A DNA stretch of 63,203 nucleotides, filler included, from Lenisia limosa (GCA_001655205.1; 10 parts of 10 records of this genome joined end to end with filler, not necessarily neighbours in it); one strand, 5' to 3'. Positions 37,040 to 50,711 are shown, counted from the whole stretch's first letter. The notes: generated by a model not told the origin, from the sequence alone. Made by a program: numbers and translations.

Positions 37040-39118
37040 ATGGGTCTCTTCGACGATGTTCCAACAAGCTTCAACACTGGGACTTTTTCTGGTCGTTATT
37101 TTAAGTTCATTAATCTTATCAGCCCTGGTAAGAGGATAATTATAGCGAATGACAAGTTTTAGTGAATTTTTTTAAACCAAATAGTGAGGTTCAGAAGGCA
37201 ATGGACAAAGTAATGCTTTTTAAATCTGGAAAGGTCGATAAAGTCGACAGTCCTGTTGCTATTATGGCCGAGAGCGCTTTTCACCCTGATACTGGAAAGG
37301 TGAGTATCCCCTCGTGGTCCTCTATCCTCCCAATAAGTTGTAATGCTATTTTTAGATCCTTCCCCGCATTGGTAGAATGTCGGGCTTCATTCCCCTTAAC
37401 ATGCCTGTGACAGCATGTATGTTGATCCCTAACCCCTCGGCCTTCACATTGTTCTTTTTCCAGGTTGGTAACCACTTGATTTTGATTTGGCGTTCGGGTG
37501 GGTATTTGTTGTATCATAAGTGTGGGTAGTGGAGAACCACGAATAATTATACATGTTCCAGGTAATTTGACTCTGTTAATGAAGTAATTTTGTAGTGGTT
37601 GAATCAGACTCAAAATGCGCTCATCAATTACTGCAACAGACCTATTTCTGAAAAGGTTTGTGTTTATTTTACTACTTGTACACGTGGTATTATACCCTCG
37701 CCTACCTTTTACATTTATCTAATTTAACAGCCTCTCTTGGAAACTGAGAAGATCAAGTTACCACACTTCGGCACCATTGACCTTCCAAAATCAACCGCAA
37801 AGGTGGGGTTTGTCTCTTCTTCTATTCTGGAATAAATAACTAATTAACATGGAAATTTTTATTTGAAAAAATATTACATGTATGGATGGTATCATATCAT
37901 ATCATATGTTGTAATTTTTTTTAAGAAAAAAAACTCTTTTGAAGAATACATTATTACGGATAATACAGCGCACTGTACCAAACATCTTATGCACTTCCTC
38001 TCGATTTTGAAGAATTTATGATAGAGTGAACTTTTTAGGCCTACGGATCAGCAGTATCCGGAGCTCTTACCATTGCATTTGCAATGAGGGCTGCTCTTCC
38101 TTCAATTAGCCGCGCCCTTCCGGTGGCAATGTCAAAGGTGGGCAGCGCCTTGATTGAGATAACAGCTAAAAGGGGCGTAATATAACTGGTTTTATTAAAT
38201 GGAGAAAACTGGTTTTTTGGTACCATAATAAAGCCCAGTCAGTTGGTATTTACATCCATAGTTTGCCGCATTATCCGCCCCCTTCCTTGCAGTTGCCTCT
38301 GCCAATGTTATCAATATCGTTTCAATGCGCAAACAGGAGCTTGTCGATGGTAGGAGGGGTTCAAACAGGAGCTTGTCGATGGTAGGAGGGGTCCAAACAG
38401 GAGCTTGTCGATGGTAGGAGGGGTTCAAACAGGAGCTTGTCGATGGTAGGAGGGGTTCAGAATTAGTGGTGGTAGTTAGTGTTTAAAATGGAGTACATAA
38501 CCTTGTTCACCCTCCAGGTATTTCAGTTGTGGACTCTACTGGAGCGGAAGTCGGGGTCAGTCGGTGTGCTGCCAAGAAGGCCCTTACCGAAACAGCTAGT
38601 GAGCTGATGAAACTCTGTATTGAGGTTACATTATTAACCTGAGTATTACCTTATTACCAACCTTATTACCAACCTTATTACCTGTCTTTAGTATCAACCT
38701 TATTAACTGTCTTTAGTATCGCGCGTTGCTCTGTCGTTCTCTCTTGTACTGTTGCCAAACTTACTCATGTCTACACTGGAGAAAAACCGCTTCATTGCCC
38801 AGAGGTAGTAGTAGCATCTGCCCCTTTTGTCGTTATAAACGGATTCATCTTGACTCACTTTGACAGACTTTGTTCCACCCCCGCCACCCGCCTCCTCTTC
38901 CAGTCTGCTGTTGTGACGGCAATGTTCTACTCGGCCCTCCCAATGACACTGGCTATTTTCCCTCAGAATGGAACTGTTAGCGGTTCTGACTTTATTCTCT
39001 CCCCCTTTCCTGGCTGCACATAAAATGTTTAATTTTCTAGGTCAAGACTGAAGCTCTTGAAAAGGATATTTCAAGCAAGACAAATGAGAGCACCCTCACA
39101 TACAACAAGGGGCTTTAG
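37040..39118 (+). CDS. SFXN: Sideroflexin (mitochondrial tricarboxylate/serine carrier), complete multi-exon gene
   Basis: MGLFDDVPTSFNTGTFSGRYFKF..., ESAFHPDTGK|ILPRIGRMSGFIP, FFQ|WLNQTQNALINYCNR, APFLAVASANVINIVSMRKQELVDG|ISVVDSTGAEVGVSRCAA, LPMTLAIFPQ, and terminal YNKGL* (TAG 39116-39118). Confidence 0.95.
38331..38458. repeat. 32-bp tandem repeat x4 spanning an exon/intron donor of SFXN
   Basis: AAACAGGAGCTTGTCGATG|GTAGGAGGGGTTC starts at 38331, 38363, 38395 and 38427. Confidence 0.95.
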
Positions 39119-39259
39119 GTTATATGGTAATTGCCTTAATAGGATTCTAACTGGTTTATTTATTTGATGTCATATTATGTACTACCAATTTTCACCTTTC
39201 AAAATACAATAAAGATAAATAGACGAAATACACTAAACCTACACCCAGACCGTACACCA

Positions 39260-42200
39260 TTACTTTACATGTTTCTCCAAACTGAAAACCATAGCAGGTT
39301 TCTCTTTTGGGGGCTTAGGCCTCGACACCTTACTCAANNNNNNNNNNNNNNNNNNNNNNNNNNNNNNNNNNNNNNNNNNNNNNNNNNNNNNNNNNNNNNN
39401 NNNNNNNNNNNNNNNNNNNNNNNNNNNNNNNNNNNNNNNNNNNNNNNNNNNNNNNNNNNNNNNNNNNNNAAATGGCTGAAACACCCATCCACAACCGAAA
39501 CACACACGAGAGATAACTCACTGCGATTACCACACCAGTGGACAGGAAGATGGAGATGGAATAACACACACGAGTGGACAGGAAGATGAAGTAACACACG
39601 AGTGAGTGAACAGCAAGATGGAGTAACACAAGAAGCCTACCATGCTATACGCAATCCGATGCACGTAGTCGGGCGCTGAGTTAATCTAAAAGATCAATTG
39701 TGTGCAATACATAGTATCGTTATCATGTCTACTGTGTACCCCCCCCACCTCAGGCTGAAACGTACACTCTTTCATTTCAGCATCCTCCTTCGCCTCTCTT
39801 GCAAGCTGACTCTCCAGCATCCGCTCGCCTTGACGTTTCTACGAAATTACCAGTCAGGACATTGGTTGATTTGTCACTCCTCATAAGGGGTTACAGTGAT
39901 CGGGGTATGTCTTGACCGATTTGCTATGTGATTTCCCAAGGAAAACAAGACTTATCCCGGTCACAGTATAATAAGACACTGACCTGCCATGCGCCGGAGA
40001 GGGCCTCTTCCGTAACGCGAGATGACACATTTGGCATGCGCTTAATCTGGGGCTTGTGCGGTGTCTGCGCTTTTTCAATTGCATCTCTTTCTTGAACAAG
40101 CAGTTCCTGAAATATATCAGACTCCATGTAACAGTTTTCAAAACCAATGCTTCATTTGAACTGGTTTTGTACAAGACTGATGGCTACTTCAGGTCCTATG
40201 TTTTAAGAGCCCAAGCAATGTTACCCAAGCCCACGTTCAAGGCTTGTTTGCGCAGGAGGTCTCCGGCCGATCTGTCGTCGTCGCTTCTAGATGGTTTGTT
40301 CAGGCCGCGGAGGCTGATGTTTGGCACCATCTGCAGGGTCAAATACTTGAAATTGCAGGATGAGGGTCGCCTTAGATGGAACCCACTTTATTGCGATCCA
40401 TGATTTCTTCATCATACGAACTTTGCTGCTCAATAGCCTGAGGAGTAAGAAGTGGTCACTGTCAGACAGAGGAATAATTATTGGTTCCTCATACCATGAT
40501 TCTTGACTGCTCTCTTCGAGAAGCATCAGCGTCTAAGCGCTCCTGAAAGAATTATTGGGGGTCGGTACTTGGCTCTACCTAACCGCTCATGGACACCGAA
40601 TCCATGACACAAAACCCCAAGCCTACTTGGAATGTTGACCGGACCATTTCGCGGCTTTTTGTGTTGAGCATTGGTGACGGACGGGGTTTCGACTGTACGG
40701 GTCAAGAGGGTTTGTTAGCGACACCCTTGAAAATTCAATGTTGTTAAGGGTAGTTACTGTTTTTTTTTCTTTTCCAGCCCTCTTGGTTTTCTCAAATACT
40801 TAGCTGAGTTGATTTGCTCTCTGTTCATAATGTTCCAATTTTTANNNNNNNNNNNNNNNNNNNNNNNNNNNNNNNNNNNNNNNNNNNNNNNNNNNNNNNN
40901 NNNNNNNNNNNGTCACTTTGCCTCTGCATGAAAGCGTCAAAGTTCGACTGACGCTCCTGGAAGAAAATCAATGAAATTGGAAGCCGTTTTCCTCATCACA
41001 GTCACCCACTTCTTTGGATTGAAGGCTGGCTGGAGGAGCTGTAGTCAAGGTGTCGCTTTGAAGGGCGGAAAGTGACAATGGTGAATCACTAAGTGGTATT
41101 AACAGAAAACGCCCAAAAGCCGAATAAAGAGAAGTTACCCTTAGGAGGAAACGGCCTGCCCATTCCTCATCCCTCCCACGATTGACGACTTGGAAGACCC
41201 TCAGAGGACCACGCCTGAGTTGGGACAGGTTTTGAGTCGGAGCCTGTGTACGATGTTCCTTTTTTAACAGGCTAAACGAATCAACCAACGCTACATTGCT
41301 CTATTCTATACGGCTTGTGGAATATCACACCAACAAAACACAGCCTACAGATTGCGTTTTAGTAGACTTTGTCAGTCTGGAAAAGGTGTCTTCCTTGAGG
41401 TAAGCCGTTGCAGATGCCATTCCAGGCTTTACAGGGTTGATTTGGGGCGTGAAGTTCGATCGGTCCGGCTCAGGCCTAAAACATAAAAACAAGCCAACAT
41501 CCAGCTGAGTCTTCAAGCACCCCATACTCGAAGTTTTTCTTGGGCATGCGATACTTGGATCGCGTGTTTTGTGACCTGGTGTTGATGGTGGGCTGGAATG
41601 TGCAACTGGTCGGTTAGATCAAAATACATGTCAACATAATCATCAAATAGCATATGATCATAATATTAAGCATGTCATACATGTAAGTTTATCAAAAATA
41701 TATGTTTTTGATGCAGAAAAAATCACAGTTTGCTATATCGGCAAAATCGCCAAAACGCAGCTACGAATAGCTGCCAACGTTTTCCTCATTTCGTCATCTT
41801 CATCGCGCTGCTTCATTTTGGATTCGATTTCCTTTCTCTCCTGGAGCAAAGTCGCATGCTGCACTCGTAAATTGTGCTGTTTCCTGATAACCGTACAATA
41901 TACTAGTAATTTATAACATATCATATGATATCATACCATATCCTCTATCGTATCACGTATATGTTTTGGATTAGAATCTATTGTGCTGCACCATATGAAA
42001 CAATTATCACAAGTTCAGTTTTTACCCCCAATGGTTACCTCATAAAGACGCTCAGAGGCAGATTTATTGCCTTCGTAGCTCACTGCTCGGGAGTGTTGGT
42101 TCAACCTGGGATGGAATGTACACGCCTCCTCCTTAAGATGGTGAAAACAATGGGTTACTATTGATCTATGACCTCTGAGGTCCAAAAGGGAAGTCTGTCC

Positions 42201-44232
42201 ACGCTCCAGAATAGCATACCTCCACCGCTTACCAGATCGTTTAGTTCCTCCTTCGACTGCTGCCGGGTACAATCCCGCTCGCTCTAAGAGACAGTGAACG
42301 GTGCTGATCTTTGTATTATCTGCAATATTGCCAAGTTGAACAACATCCATGTACATGTACATTTACCTTGAGTAATAAATGCTACTTGCTATTCTTTCTG
42401 TAACTTGCTATTCGATAATACTAACCCCGATACGCAACGATGAAAGAAGCGAATGTATCACATCTTCCTTTTGTTGAAGTAAAGTCTCTATTGAACCGGC
42501 GGTTGGATCTTCCACTGTGCCTTACACCACCAAATCCCAGTAACGGGGCGCCATCCTACTTGCCACTTCATCATTCGATCATAGAACTCAGGGCCGTTCG
42601 GCCGGTCAGAAAGTGTCATTTGCCTGAACAGTGAACATAATCCCTCAACCGCCTTGATGCCTATCAACACAACCAAGTTAACAAAACCTCAACACAACCA
42701 TGTTTACAATACCAACACAACCATGTTTACAATACCTAACCCACCGAAACGATTCTTGCGGCGGCTCAACCTAAAACTGTAAAAACGAACATAAACCCGT
42801 TAATCCCTCGTCCGTCCTCCTCCCCCTCTTCCAGCACCACATACCCCTTCCCCCATATACTATATCATTTCTAACATGCACATATCATATCATATGATAT
42901 GGTACGATGTGTAATATAAGTACTATTATTAATATATTATGCCCCCACCCCTCCTGGGAGCGTTCACGACCATCACAAAACCCAGCCAACTGCCATCTTT
43001 CGCGCTACAGCTCGCGACTCGGTGTGGTGACCTGGCTCGGATGGGGGGCGGCGCGTGTGGGGTGCTGGCTTGGAGGAGACGATTGAAGAAGCTCGACTTT
43101 GGGAGATTGGTTGCTGGCGTGTCAGGTTCACAACATAGTCATAGATAATTATTCAAAAAAAAATTGGCCTAAAAATCTTCAAATGCAGCGAGTATAGTGA
43201 TGGGTAAAATACACTCGCAGAAGGTGAAACAGAGAAAATATTTAAAGAATTCTGTGGGGAAAACAAAGCCGCTTATCATAAGCATATGCGACATGAAATA
43301 ATGGTAGTAGTATCCTCAATAGACTCACAGATTGGAGCGACGGCTGAGGGGACCGTTGGGACTGTAAGGAGCGGCCCAATGGAGATGTGGCTACATGGTC
43401 AGGGTGTATGAGAACAAATAACGAACGTGAAATGAAAGCAACGGCCTCAGAAAAATGTGCCTACTTTGAATGGGCTTATTACGGGGTTGCTTGCTGGAAA
43501 ATATAAGAAAAGGTCACATCCGTGAAGAGAATATCTTATTACCACCTACTTCAACAAGGATAAAGACTGGGGTTTCGGAGGCTCTGAAGTCTCTGTAACA
43601 GTTATACAAAAAAAAAAAGAAAAAAAAAAAAAAGANNNNNNNNNNNNNNNNNNNNNNNNNNNNNNNNNNNNNNNNNNNNNNNNNNNNNNNNNNNNNNNNN
43701 NNNNNNNNNNNNNNNNNNNNNGTGACTTTATTGTTTGAAACTGAAGAACTAAATATGAAGGGCACTGTTATCGCATAGAAAACCTCTTTCAAAAAGGATC
43801 CAATTGCCATCCCACCTTTTTTTCTCTGTTGCACCAGTTGGGACAGGATCTCCTGTCGCTTTCTCGGTGACAACTTGCTACAAACGATAAATGCTGTCAC
43901 TTAGTATTAACAAAGAGATTGACAATAATGCCAATAACAACCACCATAAATGTTACAGAATTATAGCTCATTCTATTGTATTTGGCCAACGTTGGCAGGC
44001 TTGGTGAGACCGGAGTGAGCCCATCAGTGGTTTGAGCTGGGGCTGAGGAAGAAGGCAACTGGGAAGCTGACGAGCCAAGACCCTGAACATTGGAAGTTGC
44101 CTTTTCAAGAGCCTTCAGCAGCTCCTCTATGATGAATGAGAAGGGTCAAGCGAATGCAAGCTTACCTTTAGTAATCTCTCCGTTACGGAACTGGGCTGCT
44201 AGGAGAAGCAGCGTGTCAGATGTTGATACCAT
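39260..44232 (-). CDS. Hypothetical low-complexity/coiled-coil protein with (E)CTF-x-P-x-IN-type repeats, multi-exon
   Basis: Putative start MVSTSDTLLLLAAQFRNGEITK|EELLKALEK. Other exons: AEMKECTFQPE|INS, SNFTPQINP, ERLDADASRREQSR and terminal ...FSLEKHVK*. Splice sites are canonical. Confidence 0.6.
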
Positions 44233-44394
44233 TATGTTCAATGATGATGTTTAGCTTCTTAACATTATAAAGAATAACCTCATAACCGCTCTGTCAATTC
44301 ATTAGTTTTCTTAAACAAATTATGGGGGAGTGATCTACCCTTTTTTTTTTTGATATAAAACCGAAAAATTGCAGAAAAAAGTCCTCTTTTTACA

Positions 44395-45238
44395 ATGGCT
44401 CAAGCTCTCAGAGGTAATTTTGTTCACTCCCATGAGAAATGGGATATCGAGATTCTCGAAGACTGGGTACTTGCCACTGATGCTTCTGGCACCATCACAC
44501 AGGTAACCTACGCCCCTCCTTGTGTGCTAATTCATGTAGTTTGCCAAGTATTCTTCTGATGTTGAGGTCGCTGCTCTCAAATCTTCTGTATGTGTCTTGC
44601 TTTATGAAGACATTTCCACTTTTCTTTCACTTGGATTATATTTGTTTGACGTCTCTTATTCTTTAATAGCATGTATTTCCAGTCCAATCAAGTAGAAAAT
44701 GTTTTGTCATACTGACCCCTCTCCAGGGACTCAAAGAGCTGACTGCTGTCAAAGGAGATTTCATCATCCCCGGATTTGTTGATTGCCATGCACATGCTCC
44801 CCAGGTGAGTGGGCCATGGATACAGGATTACTGATAAATTGTGATTATGTTACTTCATTCAGTAAGATGGGTTCGAAGCAAATGATAGTGAAGTGTGAGT
44901 TCAGTTTTTGGAAAATATGCGGTCTTAAATAAATACTTCACGGCCTCGATACATGTTAGGAAGATATAATTGGATCCCTTTCACCGCTTTAGTACGTCAA
45001 CACCGGTCGCGGATATGACAGGCCTCTGTTGGAGTGGCTTGAGACCTACACGTTCCCCTCCGAGGCACAGTTCGCCGACATTGAAGTGGCCAAACAACGC
45101 TATGGTCTCTCTACTCTTAGGTGAGACCCCTTTCTTGAACCCTTCACAAGTAATGAAACGTCTTATTCTTCCAGACATGTTAACGATGGTACTACTTCCA
45201 TCGCATTGTTTGCCACGATCCATCTGGAAGCTAGCAAG
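44395..45238 (+). CDS. GDA: Guanine deaminase (amidohydrolase), 5' part
   Basis: MAQALRGNFVHS..., FIIPGFVDCHAHAPQ (metal-binding HxH)|YVNTGRGYDRPLLEWLETYTFPSE, and HVNDGTTSIALFATIH. Truncated by the contig end. Confidence 0.9.
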
Positions 45239-45959
45239 GTTGGTGACGACTCTTGCGGACACAAAAAATGACATTCTTAAACACTTTAGCAGGTGTCGAT
45301 AGTATAGACCTGTTATTTTTTTATCATAAAAAAGCCGAGTTGCCTTTATTNNNNNNNNNNNNNNNNNNNNNNNNNNNNNNNNNNNNNNNNNNNNTTAATT
45401 AATTAANNNNNNNNNNNNNNNNNNNNNNNNNNNNNNNNNNNNNNNNNNNNGGGGGGGGGGGTGAAAACAAATGAAGCAAAACCGATCAACTAATGAATTG
45501 AGCTGAAAAAAAAGGAAAGCACGTTACGTCCCTGTTTACGTTTGGGGCTTTTCGGACACAGTTTCCAATGAGGGGCTTGCGGCTGGTGGAGGCGGCTTGA
45601 GGGTAAGGCAGTTTGGTTTTAGAAAATACAATATAATAGTCATAATATCATAATATAGTAAGGAGATAAAATATATCAAGCAAAGAGTGTTTTAGCATTA
45701 TAAAGCTGGCTGTTATTCCGCTCCTTCTAACNNNNNNNNNNNNNNNNNNNNNNNNNNNNNNNNNNNNNNNNNNNNNNNNNNNNNNNNNNNNNNNNNNNNN
45801 NNNNNNNNNNNNNNNNNNNNNNNNNNNNNNNNNNNNNNNNNNNNNNNNNNNNNNNNNNNNNNNTGGAACAATTGACGGGTCGATTCATGTTTACAGCCCC
45901 TAATTATTCGTAGAATATAGATAATACGAATTAGTAAGTTTAGCGAATATTACTCATCA

Positions 45960-48900
45960 TTGAATACAGCATAACATTGGCCCAGTTGGGATTGGAACCG
46001 ACCAGCATCAGAAGACAGTCGGTGGAGCGCTCCATCAGGGGGTCCAGAATCTAGACGGTAAGGCGGGTGAAGATGGGCAAGGCTGGGTAAACGGACCTGG
46101 TTATTCCGTACACGCAAGTTCAATACACTGTTGCACTTGATAGAAAAAAAAAACATATCTTATGTTGCAAATAGAGAAAAGTAATGAATATGTAGAAATG
46201 AGAAAAATACGAGTATCAGTAATGAATAGCAAGACTTTGTTATAAAGCTGAGTCAATGAAAATAATCCCAGTATATTGTGAATGCAAAATTATTATGAAC
46301 AATAGTGTCTCGCCATTGCACCTGTTCGGATGCCGTACTGCCTCGTCGGCCATATGAAGGGGGGCCGCTACTCGGTGTTGTTGTTCCCACTTCAAGCGGT
46401 GGCACAACTGCTGCAAAGGAGACCGTTGTTAGAACGGGTGTTTTATTGTAGAATAAAACTGCTCTGACTCTTGCAAAACACAACATTCATAATTCCGCGA
46501 AAACTGGTGATTATGTAGAATAAAAGAAGCTGAAGTATCAGGGCGAAGCCGTCCACACCATCATGCTTCTTTTTGTTTTAAGAGATATTGGATTAGTATT
46601 CAAATGATATCGAAAGGAAGTGTAACACTTGGGAGATAGATATCCCCAATCAATACATACGTGATCTTCTCTCATCCTTCTGCGAGGAGTATTGGGGAGG
46701 TAGGGAACCTAACCCGCCCTGAGATGACGAATTGCTCAGTTGTCTTGTGAGCTACAAAGGTGAGAAAAGGAATATTAAAAATAGAGTAATAGACCCTCAA
46801 CCGGGAGTTAACTAACACCATATTCCCTCCAGCCCAGAACTTGCCCCCCCCCCCCCNNNNNNNNNNNNNNNNNNNNNNNNNNNNNNNNNGGGTGAGTAAG
46901 TGAGTATGTGTGGAACTCACTCTACATAAAAATTGTTTTTTAAAACAATAAACTATCTAAAAAAAACCAAATTCGCCCACTCTTGCCATTCCACCAGGGT
47001 TGGATCCTGAAGAGGTCTGTCGGGTCATGCCTGGATAAGTTAGCTAGTATATACCTGGGGGGGGGGGGCAAACGNNNNNNNNNNNNNNNNNNNNNNNNNN
47101 NNNNNNNNNNNNNNNNNNNNNNNNNNNNNNNNNNNNNNNNNNNNNNNNNNNNNNNNNNNNNNNNNNNNNNNNNNNNNNNNNNNNNNNNNNNNNNNNNNNN
47201 NCAACGCTGTTTGCTGACAACATGTAAGTTAGATACGCACGTGACTTGATAAGTTCAGCATGGACTGCTGTTCAAACCATTATCCCGATTTCCGATTATT
47301 ACAGCTATGTTGGCTAAACCTTTGGAAATACACAAAAAGTAATGGAGTAAAAAAAAGAAAAAGAAGAAAAACACAAGGCTAAGCAAGTCAACTATTAATA
47401 GGATCAAGTGCCATTTAGCCTACTTCTGTGTCTACTGATCATAGAGCTGCTTTCTTGCATGCCATCCCTAGGATGTTAAAAAAATCTAAATGAAACAGGA
47501 TGTAAATATCTTGTTAGAACTTACGGGTGAAATTTTGTATTATAAAAAAATATTATAAAAAAAAAATACATGATCACCTTCTTAATTGAAAACAATGTAA
47601 ATTTTAATCATAATAATAATTATTTAAGGAATAGTTCAGTTTTTCAAGAGAACATTCATTTTTTAGAGGGCCATTGCTCCTTCAAATCTTATCCTGTGCG
47701 CTTTACATCCAATATAAGGACGTCACCATAATTGTATTTCAGCCAGACCCGGCTTATGATGGTCCCCTCAAAATATATGTATGTGCACTCCTTTATTGCA
47801 AAAAGTAACTCATCTCAACTCCAGGAAATAACCCTCATCAGCAAACCTTGAGAATGCACGACTGCTTGAATTACGCATATGTGTCGTATAGTCCGTGCTT
47901 ACCTGGGAGTAAAAATACTATTTTTGAAAGAAGAGACAAAAGAGTGAAACAAAACCCCGAAATAACACATGAGACGAGGGGTGAATAGTAGGGAGGGTGA
48001 ACGAAGGAACAGGAGAGAAAGAAGCCAAGAGCCTGCCTTAACGGAGATCCTTCGAAGTAAACAAGAAATACTATAGAACATTCCCCTCCCCCCCAAAAAA
48101 AAAAAGCAAAAAAGCAACAGGGGAAACGAAGGCGATTTTAGGAGGGCTGAAGTGACAATTAACATTAGCCACATCAATATCATGAAAAAACAATAAAACA
48201 GACACAAAATAAGAACAGGACGTTCTACAACTGCTGCAGAGGGCGGGTACCAACTCACATCGAACTCAGAATCGTCCAAACGAGTGATGGAGGAAGCTCG
48301 GTTCATACCACTGCCGCGAGGTGTAGACGGTAACACTAAGGTGTTAGTGCATGCGGAGGGTAAGTTTCTTAGGGTTGTGAAGGTATAATCCTTGTACATT
48401 CTCTGTACGATGTCGTTGCTTTGTTTTCCATGCATTCGATCTTTTACAAGCAGTATTTATTCGATTTCCTTCACTTCATAACNNNNNNNNNNNNNNNNNN
48501 NNNNNNNNNNNNNNNNNNNNNNNNNNNNNNNNNNNNNNNNNNNNNNNNNNNNNNNNNNNNNNNNNNNNNNNNNNNNNNNNNNNNNNNNNNNNNNNNGCTC
48601 ATTTCCCTTTCGAGCATGGAACGCTCATGCAGTCCGATCTCCTTCTCCTTCTCCACCCGAGCGTTGGCCTCCTCTAAGTCACACCGCATGTCTTCGACAC
48701 TACAAATGTCAGGTTTATGGAATTTCAATGGAGATGTCAGGTTTATGGATTTCTATAACAAAATACATGATCAACAATATTGAACTCATATTTTACAGCA
48801 TTCCCCCAATCCATACTCAGAGGGTTGAAAAATTTATTAAACAAAAAAAAGAGACCAAAATCAACTCTGTTGGCAGAAATCACACGAGGACTGATAACAA

Positions 48901-50427
48901 AACAAACAAAGCCCAGGCCGGTCGCTTCCGCAGCACCGTATCCCATAACTCCAGTGTACGTGAAAGGGGTCGTTTATGAAACAAAAACAACAAGCGAATG
49001 AAATAAATGTAGCCCCTGGTGAGTGAGGAATGGCGGTGTATGCTCCCCATAAAAGTCACCAGCAACAAAGCCTCCTGCTCTCACCTGAGTTTGGCTTCGG
49101 TCAGTTCAAACTTCAGTTGAACTCGCTGCTTCTCCAAACCCTCAATCTAAACCGGCATTAGAGCAGTTGAAGGGGCTCAAGGTGATATCTGACAGAACAT
49201 ACATACTAGCAATGAGAAATAAAAAGGTTGTATTTGGCTGAAGCCGTCCACACCATCNNNNNNNNNNNNNNNNNNNNNNNNNNNNNNNNNNNNNNNNNNN
49301 NNNNNNNNNNNNNNNNNNNNNNNNNNNCGCTTTGAGGAGATTATGCTACAAGCACCAAATGAGTAAAGTAAAGAGTAGGTATACAGGTATTTTTAAGAAA
49401 AGAAACGGAAAGAAAGGCAAACAACAATAATCAATGAATGAACTCATAGGTTTAGAAACAGGAGTGAACTCAAAGGAGGCTCATTATTTGTTAAAATGCT
49501 TAACCAGTCCTTCATGCCAGCTCATAATTTTTTTTGACCAAATACTGTCAAAAATCAAGAAAAAAAAAAAAGAAAAGACCCTCCAACCTGCTTCTCGAGA
49601 ACGCTCATGCGATCAGTGGCGCGCACACGCGCAGCTGCGTCCAACTCTGCCGCCGCCTGAGCCTTTCCTAAAAAGGTCAGACGGTGGTCGAGTCCGAATC
49701 CTTGGATCGGTTTCATCTTTCAAATGCCATTATTATATGCAACCCCCCCCCCCCCNNNNNNNNNNNNNNNNNNNNNNNNNNNNNNNNNNNNNNNNNNNNN
49801 NNNNNNNNNNNNNNNNNNNNNNNNNNCTTTTCCCGTCAATTTGAAAATAAAGGTCAAGAGATGGACTCCCCAGGAAAAATATAATGAATCAAAACACCCA
49901 TACGAGCGCGTCTGTTCTGTTTATTAACTTCACCCAGCAGATGCGAGTTGTTGGTGTTGAGAATCTTGAGTGTCAAATCACAAAATTAATGTAAATAACA
50001 TAATTTGTCATATGGAAATACATCGAACGTTAGAGCTTCATTTCGGTTACAATTCTTCCAAAAAACCAAGCCTGTTATAAGGACAAACCTGAACTTCGTT
50101 CCTCAGAGCCGCGCATTGCTTGGCTAGAGACGTGTTACTGTCCTTCAGCTTGTGCGCTGAGCCACTTTCTCCTTCTGTGTAGTCAAAGCATGGCATACAC
50201 GTATTTTCTGTTACTTATTGGCTTCATTAAAACTGTAATAGTCTGGTGAGAGGGCCGTACAAAAGAGCATTTTTGGTGATGATTTGAAAATCGAGTGAAA
50301 AAAGATGCAGCATACTCATAAACGTCCGCAGTTTGCTTGAGGCCTTCTTCTCCTTGCCACGCGCCTCCTTCAACTTCAGCTCAAGGTCAGACTCTCTTTG
50401 AGTGTTTAGTTCACTATCGCGACGGAG
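45960..50427 (-). CDS. Hypothetical coiled-coil protein, multi-exon fragment
   Basis: Exons LRRDSELNTQRESDLELKLKEARGKEKK, IEGLEKQRVQLKFELTEAKL and VEDMRCDLEEANARVEKEKE, with GT-AG boundaries. Confidence 0.6.
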
Positions 50428-50711
50428 CTGAAGGAGTTAGGGTGTGCATGAGGGCAGTAAAATGGGAAAATTTATGAAACAAAACAAGACCAACATCAAC
50501 TCTGTTGGCTGACAACACACGAGGGTTGCAAGGGGAAAGATAAAATGTCTAAAAACAAAAAGAGTGGGGGGGGTATCAGAGTAGTGATTATGAAAGNNNN
50601 NNNNNNNNNNNNNNNNNNNNNNNNNNNNNNNNNNNNNNNNTTAATTAATTAANNNNNNNNNNNNNNNNNNNNNNNNNNNNNNNNNNNNNNNNNNNNGCTT
50701 CACCAGCATCA

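Noticed and set aside
37040-39118. Alternative genetic code (stop reassignment) suggested by many stop-interrupted frames
   Set aside because: The conserved exons I reconstructed (SFXN, dynein, GDA, cyclase) need no stop read-through. SFXN ends in TAG after YNKGL and the DUF229-like gene ends in TAA. Interrupted frames are confined to TE-rich contigs.
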